Assembly: GCA_040386535.1 (NCBI GenBank)
Contig: JAZKFH010000032.1
Span: forward strand, 1 to 64,000
Reading direction: 5' to 3'
Length of the DNA stretch: 64,000 nt
Source of the DNA: Myxococcota bacterium
Lineage (GTDB): Bacteria; Myxococcota_A; UBA796; SXON01
Part shown: positions 21,048 through 34,461 of the stretch, one piece after another
How the letters are laid out: each line of letters starts with the position of its first letter
Position numbering within the stretch: position 1 is the first letter of the stretch
The notes under the pieces: generated by a model
Seen by the model: the letters and a program-made list of their open reading frames with translations, nothing else
The model's database searches: none
Told to the model about the DNA's origin: nothing
Position numbers and translations under genes: made by a program

Positions 21048-21480
21048 CGGGGGAGCCTCCTTCGCTGGAGGAGTAGAAGCCCCACCACGCTCAGGGACGA
21101 CAGGAGCGAGAGCAGCGGGATCGGAAAACACCGAACAACGCGAAGGTCTCCCGCGTGCATGACGCGCCGCTCGTGCAGGGCGCTGCCGTAGCCGGGAGGA
21201 AGCCGACGTAGAGCAGGGTGTGCCAGAGCGCGACGAAAGCCCCGAGGAGCGAGAGGGGAAGCGCGCAGCGCGGTACCCCGGGATCGTACGGGAGGAGCCC
21301 CCGGAAGAGCACGAGGGTCAGGGGGTACATGAAGATGCGCTGGTACCAGCACAGGGAGCACGGGGCCAGCTCCATCACCTCGCTCACGAACAGGCTCCCC
21401 AGCGTCGACACGCTGGCGATGAGCCAGGCCACGAAATGAGCGTCCAGCCGTCGTCAGATGGGCCGTTGGAGGCCGTGGAT
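21044..21480 (-). pseudogene. DsbB/BdbC-like disulfide bond formation protein with two apparent 1-nt deletions (about 21126 and 21435); start uncertain
   Basis: Core PCSLCWYQRIFMYPL and CTSGASC. The N-terminal WTLI and C-terminal PIPLLSLL segments lie in neighbouring frames, shifted at short T-runs. Confidence 0.75.
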
Positions 21481-21896
21481 GGCGGGAGAGCGGCCGGCGG
21501 CCCGCGCTCTCGTCGATGACGCGCGCGACTGGAACTCGTCTGGATGGTTGGTGCGACTCGGGGCCCCGGCAAGTCGACCTTGCGACGAGGGGGCGCTTCC
21601 TGGGAAACCGCGACGGTAGCGATCACAACGAAGTTCTGGCGCTGCAGCATCCCGGAGTCTCCAGCGCTTTGCGGGCGTCCGCGTCCGCAAAAAGGTAGTA
21701 GCGATGCGACGTATCAGTCTTGGGGTTCGAAGGCTCGGCCCAGCTTCGTGGTCCTCGCCCCACTGCACGGAGCGCCACGACGCGCGCACGAGTGCCGATC
21801 GTGGCGAGGAGCTGCGGGTAGGCGTCACCCTCCAGCCCAGCGCACCGCGCCTTCTCGCGTGGCGGCGTTAGGCAGTCTCTCCACCGCGAGGGCTCC

Positions 21897-22700
21897 ATGG
21901 CATCGATCCTCTCCCTCCTCCTCGCCTGCACCGGCGAGCCCTCCACACCTGAAGACACCGCGTTGCTGACGGAGACGGACACGGACCCTCCGGACGAGGA
22001 CGACACCGGCGACACCGCCGAACCGACCCCCATGGCGTCGCTCACCGGCACCCTGACGGACGCGGACGGCGCCCCGACCGAGGGCGTGCGCGTCAACGTC
22101 TGCCGGGTGCTCTGCAAGACGGTCCAAACCGACGCGGGGGGCGCCTGGGGCTTCGCGGCCATCGAGGCCTGGACGGCGATGTTCTACGTGACCCCCGCCG
22201 CAAGCACGGGGTTCGCCACCCCGATGGGAGTCCTCACGCTCGCCGAGGATGAGGAGCGCGTGCTCGACGTCGTCCTCGACACCTTCGACCCCCCGCGGCC
22301 CCTGCCCAGCAGCGCGAGTGAGGTCGAGGTGTCAGACGGCCTTTTCCTCACGCTGGGCGCCGACATCCTCGAGCCGGCCCCGCTCACGGACCTGCCGTCG
22401 GAGGTCGCGGCCGTCCGGGTGCCGACGGCGCACCGCCTGCCCGTGGAGCTCGACGGCGAGCTGCTCGACACCTGGTATCTGAGCCCCTGGGAGGCGACCT
22501 CGGAGAGCGGCGTCGGCGTCCGCCTCGCCAACACTTGGGGGCTGGCTCCCGGCGACCGGGCGCGAGTCTGGGCCGCATCGGAGCCGACCACCTACGCGTG
22601 GCTCGACGCGGGCGAGCTGGTCGTGACGGAGGACGGGCTCATGCTCGAGGGGGACGTGGCCCTGCCGATCCTCACCACCCTGGCGCTCGTTCGGGAGTGA
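21897..22700 (+). CDS. Lipoprotein with carboxypeptidase-regulatory-like beta-sandwich domain
   Basis: Lipobox LLAC, acidic linker, SLTGTLTDADGAP...TDAGG. Confidence 0.7.
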   Translation: MASILSLLLACTGEPSTPEDTALLTETDTDPPDEDDTGDTAEPTPMASLTGTLTDADGAPTEGVRVNVCRVLCKTVQTDAGGAWGFAAIEAWTAMFYVTPAASTGFATPMGVLTLAEDEERVLDVVLDTFDPPRPLPSSASEVEVSDGLFLTLGADILEPAPLTDLPSEVAAVRVPTAHRLPVELDGELLDTWYLSPWEATSESGVGVRLANTWGLAPGDRARVWAASEPTTYAWLDAGELVVTEDGLMLEGDVALPILTTLALVRE

Positions 22701-22781
22701 TCGGGCCCCCACAAAAGACGGCGAACTGCCCTGTTCTGCTCGCGCCGATCGTGGCAAGATTAGGGGCACATCGGAGGGCGG

Positions 22782-23453
22782 ATGAGCCTCTTCATCCTCT
22801 CGGGCCTGCTCGCGGGGTGCGTAGCGGAGGTCGAAATCAACCTCGATCCCGACGCCGACGGTCTTACCGACGCCGAGGAGACCGAGATCGGAACCGACCT
22901 TGTCGTCGCCGACAGTGATGGCGACGGCTTCGACGACGGCGCCGAGGTCGAGCAGCACACCGATCCACTGGACGAGCTCGACAAGCCCTACGACCTGTGC
23001 AGGGACGACATCTCCGGCACGGGGGGCGCGGTGGGCGACATTGCCCAGGACTTCGAGCTGCGCAACCAATGGGACGGCACCACGCGCCTCTACAACTACT
23101 GCGAGCGCGTCGCGCTGCTGATCTTCGCCGGCATGTGGTGAGGCGCCTGCCAGAGCGAGGCGGTCGGCCTCGAAGAGAAGTACCAGACGTATCGGGAGGA
23201 CGGCTTCGTGGTGCTCACGCTCCTGGGTGAGGACGTGAACTCGGAGACCGTGGACCTGGAGGACCAGCAGACGTGGGCCGACACCTACGGGCTCACGACT
23301 CCCGTGCTCGCCGACGACGGGTACCCCACCATGTGGGCGATGGGAGGGACCGGGGGGCTTCCGTTCATGGCCCTCGTGGCCCGGGGGGGAGAGATCCTGG
23401 CTGCCGGGAACGCCGTCGCGGACGCAGAGGTCGAGGCTGCGCTGGAGGATTGA
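22782..23453 (+). CDS. Putative selenoprotein: TlpA/redoxin-like lipoprotein with WUGAC active site and thrombospondin-3-like DxDxDG repeats
   Basis: ORFs 22782..23141 and 23208..23453 are in the same frame, joined by TGG-TGA-GGC-GCC-TGC. This aligns with WCGPC of the paralog 5278..5865. Confidence 0.88.
23156..23172 (+). promoter_or_regulatory. Candidate bacterial SECIS element
   Basis: Perfect stem CGAGGC/GCCTCG with loop GGTCG. The loop starts with G, 21 nt after the UGA. Confidence 0.7.
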
Positions 23454-23478
23454 CCGCGCCGTTCCGGCTCGGTCGCCC

Positions 23479-24819
23479 CTACTTGCACGCCGCCTCCCAC
23501 GCCTCCGAGGCGGCCGCCATCGTGGTCGGCTCCGCGTAGGTGACGACTCCGGCGTTCACGAGCGGGTCGAGCACCTCCGAGAGCATCCGCTCGTAGTGTT
23601 CGAGGTCAGCCGCGAGCGCACCGCTCGAGACATAGGCGGCCTGCGCGTCGTCCTCCTGCGGGAGGAAATTGTCGACGTGGAGCACGAAGTACCACGTGTT
23701 CACGAACCCATCGCGGCTGTTCTCGCGGACCTGGGAGACGACGCGCGCGACGAACTCGGGGACGCGCGCGTGCTCCACCTCCCGGACCGGCGAGCCGGGC
23801 AGGTACGTGAGCGGCCCCGCGTCATCGTGGAGGACGAAGGACGCCGGATCCGCGGCGCTTTCGGCTGGCCGCCAGGGCTGCGCGTACGCGCCACCGAGGG
23901 ACTCCTGCGTCTGGGGGTCCTTGTAGGCGCTGAGGCTCCGCACGCCGAGGCCCTCGGCGCGCGCCCAGGCTCCGGTGGAGAAGCCGCCGTTCATGTCGGT
24001 CACCTCCAGGCCGGCGCTCTGGAACGCCCCTCGAGCACGTCGGATGGCGTCCGCCACATCCGTGGGCTCTCCCTCCTCCTCGCCGTGCACGTGAATCGAG
24101 TAGGACACGTCTTCCGCGGCCCGCGTCGCGAGCCACCCGGGCTCCCAGGCCTCCGCGCCGCTCACGAAGGTGACGTCCGGCTGGAGCCCGAGGCGCCCTC
24201 CGTGCGCGGCCAGCGTCGCCGCGAGCCCCTCGATCAGGCGCGCGCGGACGGACCAGCGGTCCTCCTCCACGAGGAAGCGCCCGTCCGCCTCGACGTGGAT
24301 CAAGAACCCGAGCAGCAGTGGCACCTCGGCGTCGGTGTCCACCGCCGCCCAGGTCTCCGCCGTCACGGCGAGCTCGTCGAGCCCGGCAGCGCCGGTTGCT
24401 TCGAACACGACCGCGCCATCGTCACCGGTGCCGTCGGGGGAGAAGGTGAGGTCGATCTCGGTGGTCCCGTCGACGTCCTGCGACGCGATCTCCCGCCAGC
24501 TTCCGTCCTCGCCCCGTTGGCGGACGGCGATCCGGGCGGCGCCATCCGACCAGGCACGCGCCGTGAGCCGGTGCGCCCCGCCCCGATTCAGCCTCATCGA
24601 TGCCGAGGCCTGCCCCGTCGTCAAGAGCAGGCACGGCGGGCCGGAACACGCCTCGTCCGCTACCAGGGCGATCGGCGTGCCCTCGTCGTCCTCCCAGACG
24701 GCGCTGGCTTCGTCCAGACGTGTCTCCTCCGTGATCACGGGCTCCCAACGCGTCGCCCGGGGCGAGCCGCAGGGGGGCAGGACCGAGCGATCACAGCCGA
24801 GGAGAGCGAGGAGGAACAG
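23479..24819 (-). CDS. Lipoprotein with polysaccharide-deacetylase-like C-terminal domain (CTG start proposed)
   Basis: The frame extends from 24738 to (M)FLLALLGC after a GGAG. LIHVE, IHVH and LHVD metal-type motifs. Confidence 0.55.
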   Translation of the reverse strand: MFLLALLGCDRSVLPPCGSPRATRWEPVITEETRLDEASAVWEDDEGTPIALVADEACSGPPCLLLTTGQASASMRLNRGGAHRLTARAWSDGAARIAVRQRGEDGSWREIASQDVDGTTEIDLTFSPDGTGDDGAVVFEATGAAGLDELAVTAETWAAVDTDAEVPLLLGFLIHVEADGRFLVEEDRWSVRARLIEGLAATLAAHGGRLGLQPDVTFVSGAEAWEPGWLATRAAEDVSYSIHVHGEEEGEPTDVADAIRRARGAFQSAGLEVTDMNGGFSTGAWARAEGLGVRSLSAYKDPQTQESLGGAYAQPWRPAESAADPASFVLHDDAGPLTYLPGSPVREVEHARVPEFVARVVSQVRENSRDGFVNTWYFVLHVDNFLPQEDDAQAAYVSSGALAADLEHYERMLSEVLDPLVNAGVVTYAEPTTMAAASEAWEAACK

Positions 24820-24889
24820 GAGTGCTCCGGGCGGTCACCATGCTCTACGCCGGCAACCGTGCTCCCGCTGCTGTGCCTAAGTTGGAAAC

Positions 24890-25846
24890 ATGTGGCTCAT
24901 CCCCTTGGTCCATGCGCAGGAGGTAGAGGTCTGCCGCGAATACGGCAGCACCAGCGCTCCGATCGTCGTCACAGGCATGCCGGACATCCAGTCCTCGGGT
25001 GTCGCGGCCTCGCGGGCCCAGGCGGGTCGCTTCATCACCCATGACGACGCGGGGGGCGATGCCCAGCTTCACGTGTTCGAGCGCACCGGCGACGGGGCCC
25101 GATACGTGGGAGCCCAGACCGTGCTGGGCGCCACCAACACGGACTGGGAGGACGTCGCCTCCGGGCCGTGTCCCGCGTCCATCGAAGCGGACGCCTGCCT
25201 GTGGATCGGCGACATCGGGGATAACGACAAGACGCGTGCGTCCATCGACGTATGGGTCCTGGCCGACACCACGCTGGCGGGCGGGGAGACGGCTCACTGC
25301 CGACTCACCTACCCGGACGGGGAGCGGTTCGACGCGGAGGCGATGTTCGTCTCGCCGGACGGCGCGATTGGGGTGGTCACCAAGGAGAAGGACGGCGACG
25401 CCAAGATTTTCCGCCTGGACAATCCGACGTGCAACGGTGACGCCGTCCAGGTCATGAAGCTCGAGGCGGAGTTCTTCCCCGGTGAGGAGATCACCGGCGC
25501 GGCGATGAACGCCGACGGCACCGCCGTCGTGATTCGCAGCGGCGAAGCGGCGTGGTTGTGGAGCGGGTGCGAGATCGACTGGAGCGCGCCGCCCACGGTG
25601 GTGGACCTCGGATCACAGCCCCAGGGCGAGGCGATCACGTTTCTCGCGGACGGCACCCTCGTTTCGACTTCGGAGGGGGAACCGCTGCAGGTGTGGGAGA
25701 CGCCGTGCGCCGTGGCGGCGGTGCCGGAGTGTCCGGCCTGTGGGTGCCGGGGCTCGGGCGCCTGGTTTCTCGTCCTCGTCCCGCTGCTGGGTCGCCGTTG
25801 GACTACGGGCGGGTGTCGGCCAGGCGCTCGATCCACGGATCGGTGA
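24890..25846 (+). CDS. Secreted beta-propeller-like protein with MYXO-CTERM-like tail
   Basis: SSG..THDDAG, DWED, IGDIGDN, DAEA, QGEAI; tail CGCRGSGAWFLVLVPLLGRR. Confidence 0.7.
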   Translation: MWLIPLVHAQEVEVCREYGSTSAPIVVTGMPDIQSSGVAASRAQAGRFITHDDAGGDAQLHVFERTGDGARYVGAQTVLGATNTDWEDVASGPCPASIEADACLWIGDIGDNDKTRASIDVWVLADTTLAGGETAHCRLTYPDGERFDAEAMFVSPDGAIGVVTKEKDGDAKIFRLDNPTCNGDAVQVMKLEAEFFPGEEITGAAMNADGTAVVIRSGEAAWLWSGCEIDWSAPPTVVDLGSQPQGEAITFLADGTLVSTSEGEPLQVWETPCAVAAVPECPACGCRGSGAWFLVLVPLLGRRWTTGGCRPGARSTDR

Positions 25847-26104
25847 ACCCGGGCTCGGCCAGGAACGTCTCGTCCGTGAGGCTCTGGAAGTCCAGCGCCT
25901 CGATGGAGCCGCCCGCCGTCTCCATCCCCTTCGCCGCCACCGTGGACGGCGCGCGACCCGTCTGCGGCCAGACCGACGACGGCTCCGGAACGCCACACGC
26001 GACGAGCAGCAGGAGGGACAGTATGAGGCTCTTGGGACGATGCCGCGCATCTCACCGGGGACACGGTTGTTGACGATGGTTTGCGCGCCTCCCCTTTCTC
26101 GAAT

Positions 26105-26461
26105 ATGCCCGCCGCAGTGCGCCGCCTCCTCCGCCTCTTGGTTGCTCTCTTCGTCCTCGTCGGGCTGATGCCCGGCGGCGCGGAGATCTTCGAGAACATG
26201 GAGCACCTGATCCACGACGGGCACCTCGCCCACGTCGAGGACCACCTCGAGGAGGAGCAGCACGGCGCCGCGAGCGACGAGCACGGCTGCTCGCCGATGA
26301 TGCACACGTGCGGTTGCCACGCGTCGCTCTCCGCGCTTCCGGGGATGGACGCATTGGCGCTCGCGCCCCCGCGCTCCGACGAGGCTCCGAGCCCCGTCGC
26401 CCTGGACGATCGCCCACTCGCCCGCGCGACCGCGCCGCCCACGCCGCCTCCCAACGTCTGA
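26105..26461 (+). CDS. CzcI/DUF2946-like leader protein
   Basis: Signal-like N-terminus, His-rich segment, EHGCSPMMHTCGCH, ends RATAPPTPPPNV. Directly precedes the second czcC. Confidence 0.7.
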   Translation: MPAAVRRLLRLLVALFVLVGLMPGGAEIFENMEHLIHDGHLAHVEDHLEEEQHGAASDEHGCSPMMHTCGCHASLSALPGMDALALAPPRSDEAPSPVALDDRPLARATAPPTPPPNV

Positions 26462-26537
26462 CCCCGGTCCGGAACCCAAGGTCCGCGACGTCGCCTGACG
26501 TCCGCGATGTTCCTCCCCTTCCGTTCGAGGTCATCTC

Positions 26538-27752
26538 GTGCCCCATACCCGTCCGCGCGGCGCCGCCGTCGCGCTCCTCCTCCTGTTCGCGGGGGCGGCT
26601 TCCGCTGCGCCCCTCTCCCCTGACGACGCGGTCCGTGCCGCTCTCCAACACGACCCCACGCTCGGGCGCGCCGAGGCCGACCTGCTCGCCGCCAAGGGCG
26701 CGTTGCGGGCCTCCAGCGGCCCTCGCCAGAACCCACACGTCGAGGCACGGGCCGCGGGCTCCTACCTCGAACTCGAAGCGGTCCAGTCGCTCTCCCTCAC
26801 CGGTGAAGGCATCGCCGCGTCTCGGAGCGCGCGCGCCGAGCGAGACGCCGCCGAGCTCAGCCTGGGACGCACTCGTCTCGAGACGGCAGCGCGTGCGCGG
26901 CTGGCGTGGGCGGACGCCGCGGTAGCTGCCGGTCGCGCTCGGCTCTCGTCGCAGGCACTCGAGCTCGCCACGAGGCTCCGGGAGGCGACCGAGGCGCGCG
27001 TCGCGGCGGGGGAGGCCGCGATTCTCGACCTTCGCCTCGCGCACCTGGAGGAGGCACAGGCAGCGGCTGCGCACCTCGACGCGCGGGCCCAGGAGTCGGA
27101 TGCGCTGCGCACGCTGGCGCAAGTCACCGGGCTCGCCCCCGGCGATGTGGACGCGGAAGGCGACCCGCTCGACGCATCCCCCGCGGTGTCGCCCTCCGAG
27201 CAAGCGCAAGCGGCCGGCAGCCGATCCGACGTGGCTGCGGCCGATCGGCGGGTCGATGCGGCGCGCGCCGCCGTGGGGCGCGAGCGGGCCGCCGTGTTCC
27301 CGGCAGTGGAGCTCGGCGCTTTCTACGAGCGGGACGGGGACTTCACGCAGGTCGGGCCAATCGTGGGCGTGGAGGTGCCGCTCTGGCAGCAGAACCAGGG
27401 CGGGGTCTCCTCGGCGCGCGCCGAGCTGCTCGTGGCCGAGCGGGAAGCCGAGGCGCTTCGCGCCCGCGCGGCCGCCGAGCGGATCACGAGCGCGCGGAGC
27501 CTGGCCGAGATGGACCGGACGAGCGTGGTCCTCGGACAGGGCCTCGCTGACGAGGCGACCGAAGCCCTGGCCAGCATCGAAGCTGGCTACCGCGCAGGTG
27601 AGCTCGATCTGCTCCAGACGGTGCTTCTTCGTGGGGAGGTCGTGAACGGCCTCGACGCCATCTTGAACGCACGCGGGGCCATCGCCGCCGCGCGCATCGA
27701 CTACCTGCTTGCTTCCGAGAACGGCTCGTTGATCCCTGGGGGTGCGGAATGA
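26538..27752 (+). CDS. czcC: CzcC/TolC family outer-membrane efflux protein
   Basis: Signal peptide, VPLWQQNQG, AGELDLL; first structural gene of a CBA operon. Confidence 0.85.
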   Translation: MPHTRPRGAAVALLLLFAGAASAAPLSPDDAVRAALQHDPTLGRAEADLLAAKGALRASSGPRQNPHVEARAAGSYLELEAVQSLSLTGEGIAASRSARAERDAAELSLGRTRLETAARARLAWADAAVAAGRARLSSQALELATRLREATEARVAAGEAAILDLRLAHLEEAQAAAAHLDARAQESDALRTLAQVTGLAPGDVDAEGDPLDASPAVSPSEQAQAAGSRSDVAAADRRVDAARAAVGRERAAVFPAVELGAFYERDGDFTQVGPIVGVEVPLWQQNQGGVSSARAELLVAEREAEALRARAAAERITSARSLAEMDRTSVVLGQGLADEATEALASIEAGYRAGELDLLQTVLLRGEVVNGLDAILNARGAIAAARIDYLLASENGSLIPGGAE

Positions 27753-29015
27753 GGGTTCTCGCAATCATCACTTCTCTCGCGCTGATCGTGGCCTGCTCCG
27801 GGGGCGGCGGGGAACCGGCCCACGAGGAGGGGGAACACGACGAGAAGGGCCACGACGAGAAGGGCCACGACGAGAAGGGCCACGACGAGAAGGGCCACGC
27901 GGACGAAGGGCACGGGGAGCCCGGTCACCAGGAGGGAGCGGAGGGTGAGGAGGGTGAGGAGCACGAAGAGTCCGTCACGCTCTCGCCCGAGGCCCTCACC
28001 GTCGCCGCGCTGCGTGTCGAGCCCGCCTCCTCCCGTTCCTCGTCGGGCTCGTTCGCGACGAGCGCCCGCATCACGCTCGACCCCCGGCGGGAGGCGCAAA
28101 TCAGCGCCGCCACGGCGGGACAGGTGGACCGGATCCTCGTCCGAGCCGGAGAAACCGTGCGGGACGGCCAGACTCTCGCGACGGTGGTCTCCGCTGAGCT
28201 CGGCGAAACCGTCGCCGCGTTCCACACGACGCGCGCCCGACGCGAGGCCGCGTCCGCCCGTGCCGACCGCCTCCGCGGGCTCGAGGGCCAGGGCGTGTCG
28301 TCCAGGTCTGCCGTCGCAGAGGCCGACGCGGAGCTGAAGGTAGCCGCCGCCGAGTTCGAAGCCGCGGAGGAGCGGCTCCGGGTGCTCGGCGTGCGTCCCG
28401 AGGCGAACGCGAGCGGGCACTACCCCTCCCAGTTCCCCGTGCGCTCGCCGATCGCCGGGGAGGTCCTGGCCGCCGACGCCCGCGTGGGCCAGTCCGTGGA
28501 GCCGGGAGCCCCCCTGTTCCACGTGGGGAACCTGGACGAGGTCTGGCTGGTGCTCGACGTGTACGAGCGCGACTTGGGAAAGGTGTCCAAAGGGCAAGAG
28601 GTCCGTTTCGCGGTCGACGCCTGGCCTCAAGAGGTGTTCACCGGCACCGTCGACTGGGTGGGGGCCACGGTCCAACCTTCCAGCCGCACGGTCGAGCTGC
28701 GCGTCGTGGTCGCAAACCCCGAGCGTCGTTTGAAGCCGGGAATGTTCGCCCGCGCGGACCTGGGGCTCGCGCCTCATGGGAACGGGGAGACGCTCGTGGT
28801 CGTGCCCGCGGAAGCCGTCCAGGAATTCGAGGGCCGGAGCGTCGTGTTCGTCCAGTCGGCGCCCAACACCTTCGCGGCGCGCACGGTGCGCATCGCCGAG
28901 CGGCACGGGAGCGACGTCCACCTCGCGGAGGGCGTCGCCGCGGGCGAGCCCGTCGTCATGGAGGGAGCCTTCACCCTGAAGAGCGAGCTCGCGAAGAGCG
29001 AATTGGGGGAAGGCC

Positions 29016-29026
<11 letters not shown>
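27749..29026 (+). CDS. czcB: CzcB-type membrane fusion lipoprotein with His-rich repeat
   Basis: LIVAC lipobox, (HDEKG)x4, LKPGMFA, ends GEGHAH. Confidence 0.9.
27836..27899 (+). repeat. Coding tandem repeat, 15-bp unit CACGACGAGAAGGGC x4
   Basis: Four exact copies plus a partial fifth, encoding HDEKG. Confidence 0.95.
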
Positions 29027-32154
<3,128 letters not shown>

Positions 32155-32174
<20 letters not shown>

Positions 32175-33624
32175 GCTGCTGTGGCTGGTGGGGTGCGCGG
32201 GCCCCGGCACAGACGAGGCCCGCGGCGACACCGCGGACACGGGGGCGTCGGACACCGAGGTCACCGACTCCGGGGAAGACACGGATGTTCTCCCCGAGGG
32301 GGACCTGCCGCTCGCCGATGCCTACGCCACCGTCCTCGGTTGGGAGAGCAGCGCCACCGGCACCACCGTCGCGATGACGCCCGGCGCGGCGGTGGTCTCC
32401 GCACCGTTCGGCGGAAGTACGTGTACGTTCGCGCTTCCCATCGAGCCGGGCGCACACCCGCTCGGGACGGGGGCATGCCTCGAGCAGGAGGCAGACCTCG
32501 ACTACGCGGGCTGGTCCCTCGACGCCACGGGCGACGCGAACGGGGACGGCGTCGCGGACCTGCTCCTGGGGGCGGTCGGGAGCGACGAGCTCGGGCCGGA
32601 CGCGGGCAAGGTCTACCTGGTGTACGGGCCGCTGGCGGACGCATCAGGCTCGCTGTCGACCGCGCCGGTTTCGTGGCTCGGCGAGGCGAGGCTCGACTAC
32701 GCCGGCAGCGGCGTGGCCTTCTCGGACGTGGACGGGGACGGAGACCACGACGTGCTCGTCGGGGCGCAGGCGAACGCGGGGGGCGGGACGGGCGCGGGCC
32801 GCGTGTATCTGTTCCGCACACCTGTCGAGGCCGGCGCCTACGGCCTCGGCGAGGCGGACGTGACCATCACCGGCCTCGGCCCCGCCGCCGTCGCCCCGCC
32901 GCACGGCGCCCCGTCGGTGGGTGACGGCGCCGGTAGCGTCCTGGCCGGGGCCGGGGACTTCGACGGCGACGGCTTGGGAGACGTGCTGATCGGCGCCAAC
33001 GGCGCGGACGACCTCGCGGCCGACGGGGGCGCCGCCGCGTTGTTCCTCGGGCCGGTCGGCGACGGGGACCACTCGTTCCGCGACGCCGATCGCTTGTGGC
33101 TCGGGAGCACGGATGGGCTCTACGTCGGCGACTCGGTCGCCCGCGCGGGCGACGTCGACGGAGACGGGTACGGCGACCTCATCATCGGCGGGGACTCGCA
33201 GGGGCCGGGCACGGTCTGGCTCGTGCACGGTCCCGGCGAAGCGGGACCAATCGACGTCGCCTCGGCCGAGACGAGCTTCGTCGGAGAGGTAGCCGGCAAC
33301 CTGGCCGGGGCCTACACCGCCCCCGTTGGCGATGTCGACGGGGACGGCTGGGCGGACCTCCTCATCGGCGCCTACGGGGTCGATTTGGCGGAGTACAACG
33401 AGGGCGCCGCGTACCTGGTGCACGGCCCGTTCTCTGCCGGGACGACTGCGCTCGCCGACTCCGCCACGCGCTGGGTCGGACCCTCCGACGGCGCGGTCGC
33501 CGGGAGCGCGGTGGCCGGCGGCGCGGACGCCGACGGAGACGGCCTCCCGGATCTCCTCATAGGGGCCCGGTACAGCGGCACCGGCGGGGACTACGCCGGC
33601 GAGGCGTACCTGGTGGTGCCGTGA
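32155..33624 (+). CDS. FG-GAP repeat lipoprotein
   Basis: GDxDGDG repeats; paralog of 1104..2564; overlaps the czcA end. Confidence 0.85.
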
Positions 33625-33629
33625 CGCCG

Positions 33630-33989
33630 CTACCCCACCGCCGTCACGGTGATCGACGCGACCACAGCGGGATCGAGCTGGTCCCCGTCTTCGTGGACCA
33701 GCGAGGCCTCGAGTGTGTGCTCCCCGGCCGTGTCGAGCGTGAAGGTGAAGTTCGTGGAGCCGGAAACGCCCTGCTCTGTCCCGTCAACCGCGAAGGCAAT
33801 CCAGCCGAGCTGGATCTCCTCGTCCCCGTGCTTCGACGGATCCACCAGGGTGAAGTCCTCGACCACCACCGACGCGCCGTTCTCGCCGAGCGCCAGCTCC
33901 GCTCCATCGGCCGGCGATTGGAACGTAATCGACGGGCTTCCCGTCTCTTCCTCTTCCTCGCCCGTACATGCAAGCAACCAGATCAGCAT
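33630..33989 (-). CDS. Small Ig-like (DUF4399-like) lipoprotein
   Basis: MLIWLLAC after a strong SD; PSITFQSPADG...GEHTLEASLV. Confidence 0.65.
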   Translation of the reverse strand: MLIWLLACTGEEEEETGSPSITFQSPADGAELALGENGASVVVEDFTLVDPSKHGDEEIQLGWIAFAVDGTEQGVSGSTNFTFTLDTAGEHTLEASLVHEDGDQLDPAVVASITVTAVG

Positions 33990-34068
33990 CCTCGACTCCT
34001 CCGAGACGCATGAGCTTACTCCCTCCTCAAACGCATGTCCGCCCGGTCCCCTGTCCCCTGAGGTCCAC

Positions 34069-34461
34069 ATGCTCGTTCTCCTGCTCGCACTCGGCTGCAC
34101 CGGCGGCGACGACACCGCTACGCCGACGGACCCTTCCATCGTGCTCGTGCAGCCCGCCGAGGGCTCCGTCGTCTGCGGAACTCCGCTTGATGTCGTGACC
34201 GAGGTCGTCGGCATCGAGCTCGTGCAGCCCTATGAAGATCCGGCGGATGCTCTGCCTGGGACGGGACACGTGGATGTCTCGCTCAACGGGCAGGATGCGG
34301 CGATGGGAGGCGAAGAGGCGCTGCAGATCGAAGGGGTCGAGGACGGCGAATACCAGCTCAAGGTCGAGCTCTCCAACGCCGACCACACGCCTGTCGAACC
34401 CTACGCGGGCGACCTCGTCTACATCACCGTGTTAGCCGACGCGTGCGGAGCCGCACGATGA
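34069..34461 (+). CDS. Small Ig-like (DUF4399-like) lipoprotein
   Basis: MLVLLLALGC; PSIVLVQPAEG, GHVDV, LSNADHTP; divergent paralog of 33630..33989. Confidence 0.65.
   Translation: MLVLLLALGCTGGDDTATPTDPSIVLVQPAEGSVVCGTPLDVVTEVVGIELVQPYEDPADALPGTGHVDVSLNGQDAAMGGEEALQIEGVEDGEYQLKVELSNADHTPVEPYAGDLVYITVLADACGAAR

Noticed and set aside
5863..21825. TAGGCGT at 5863 and 21819 as a target-site duplication around the czc1 block
   Set aside because: It is only 7 bp, also occurs elsewhere (e.g. near 59068), and no transposase or terminal repeats were seen.
21454..21896. ORFs in the gap between dsbB and the 21897 lipoprotein
   Set aside because: No recognisable motif or convincing start; possibly junction debris.
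24835..24837. In-frame TGA upstream of the 23479-24819 gene as a third Sec codon
   Set aside because: It lies before the signal peptide and has no Cys motif. A CTG start after GGAG explains the gene.
27836..27899. Possible CRISPR array
   Set aside because: The 15-bp units are contiguous with no spacers, lie in frame within czcB, and no cas genes are present.
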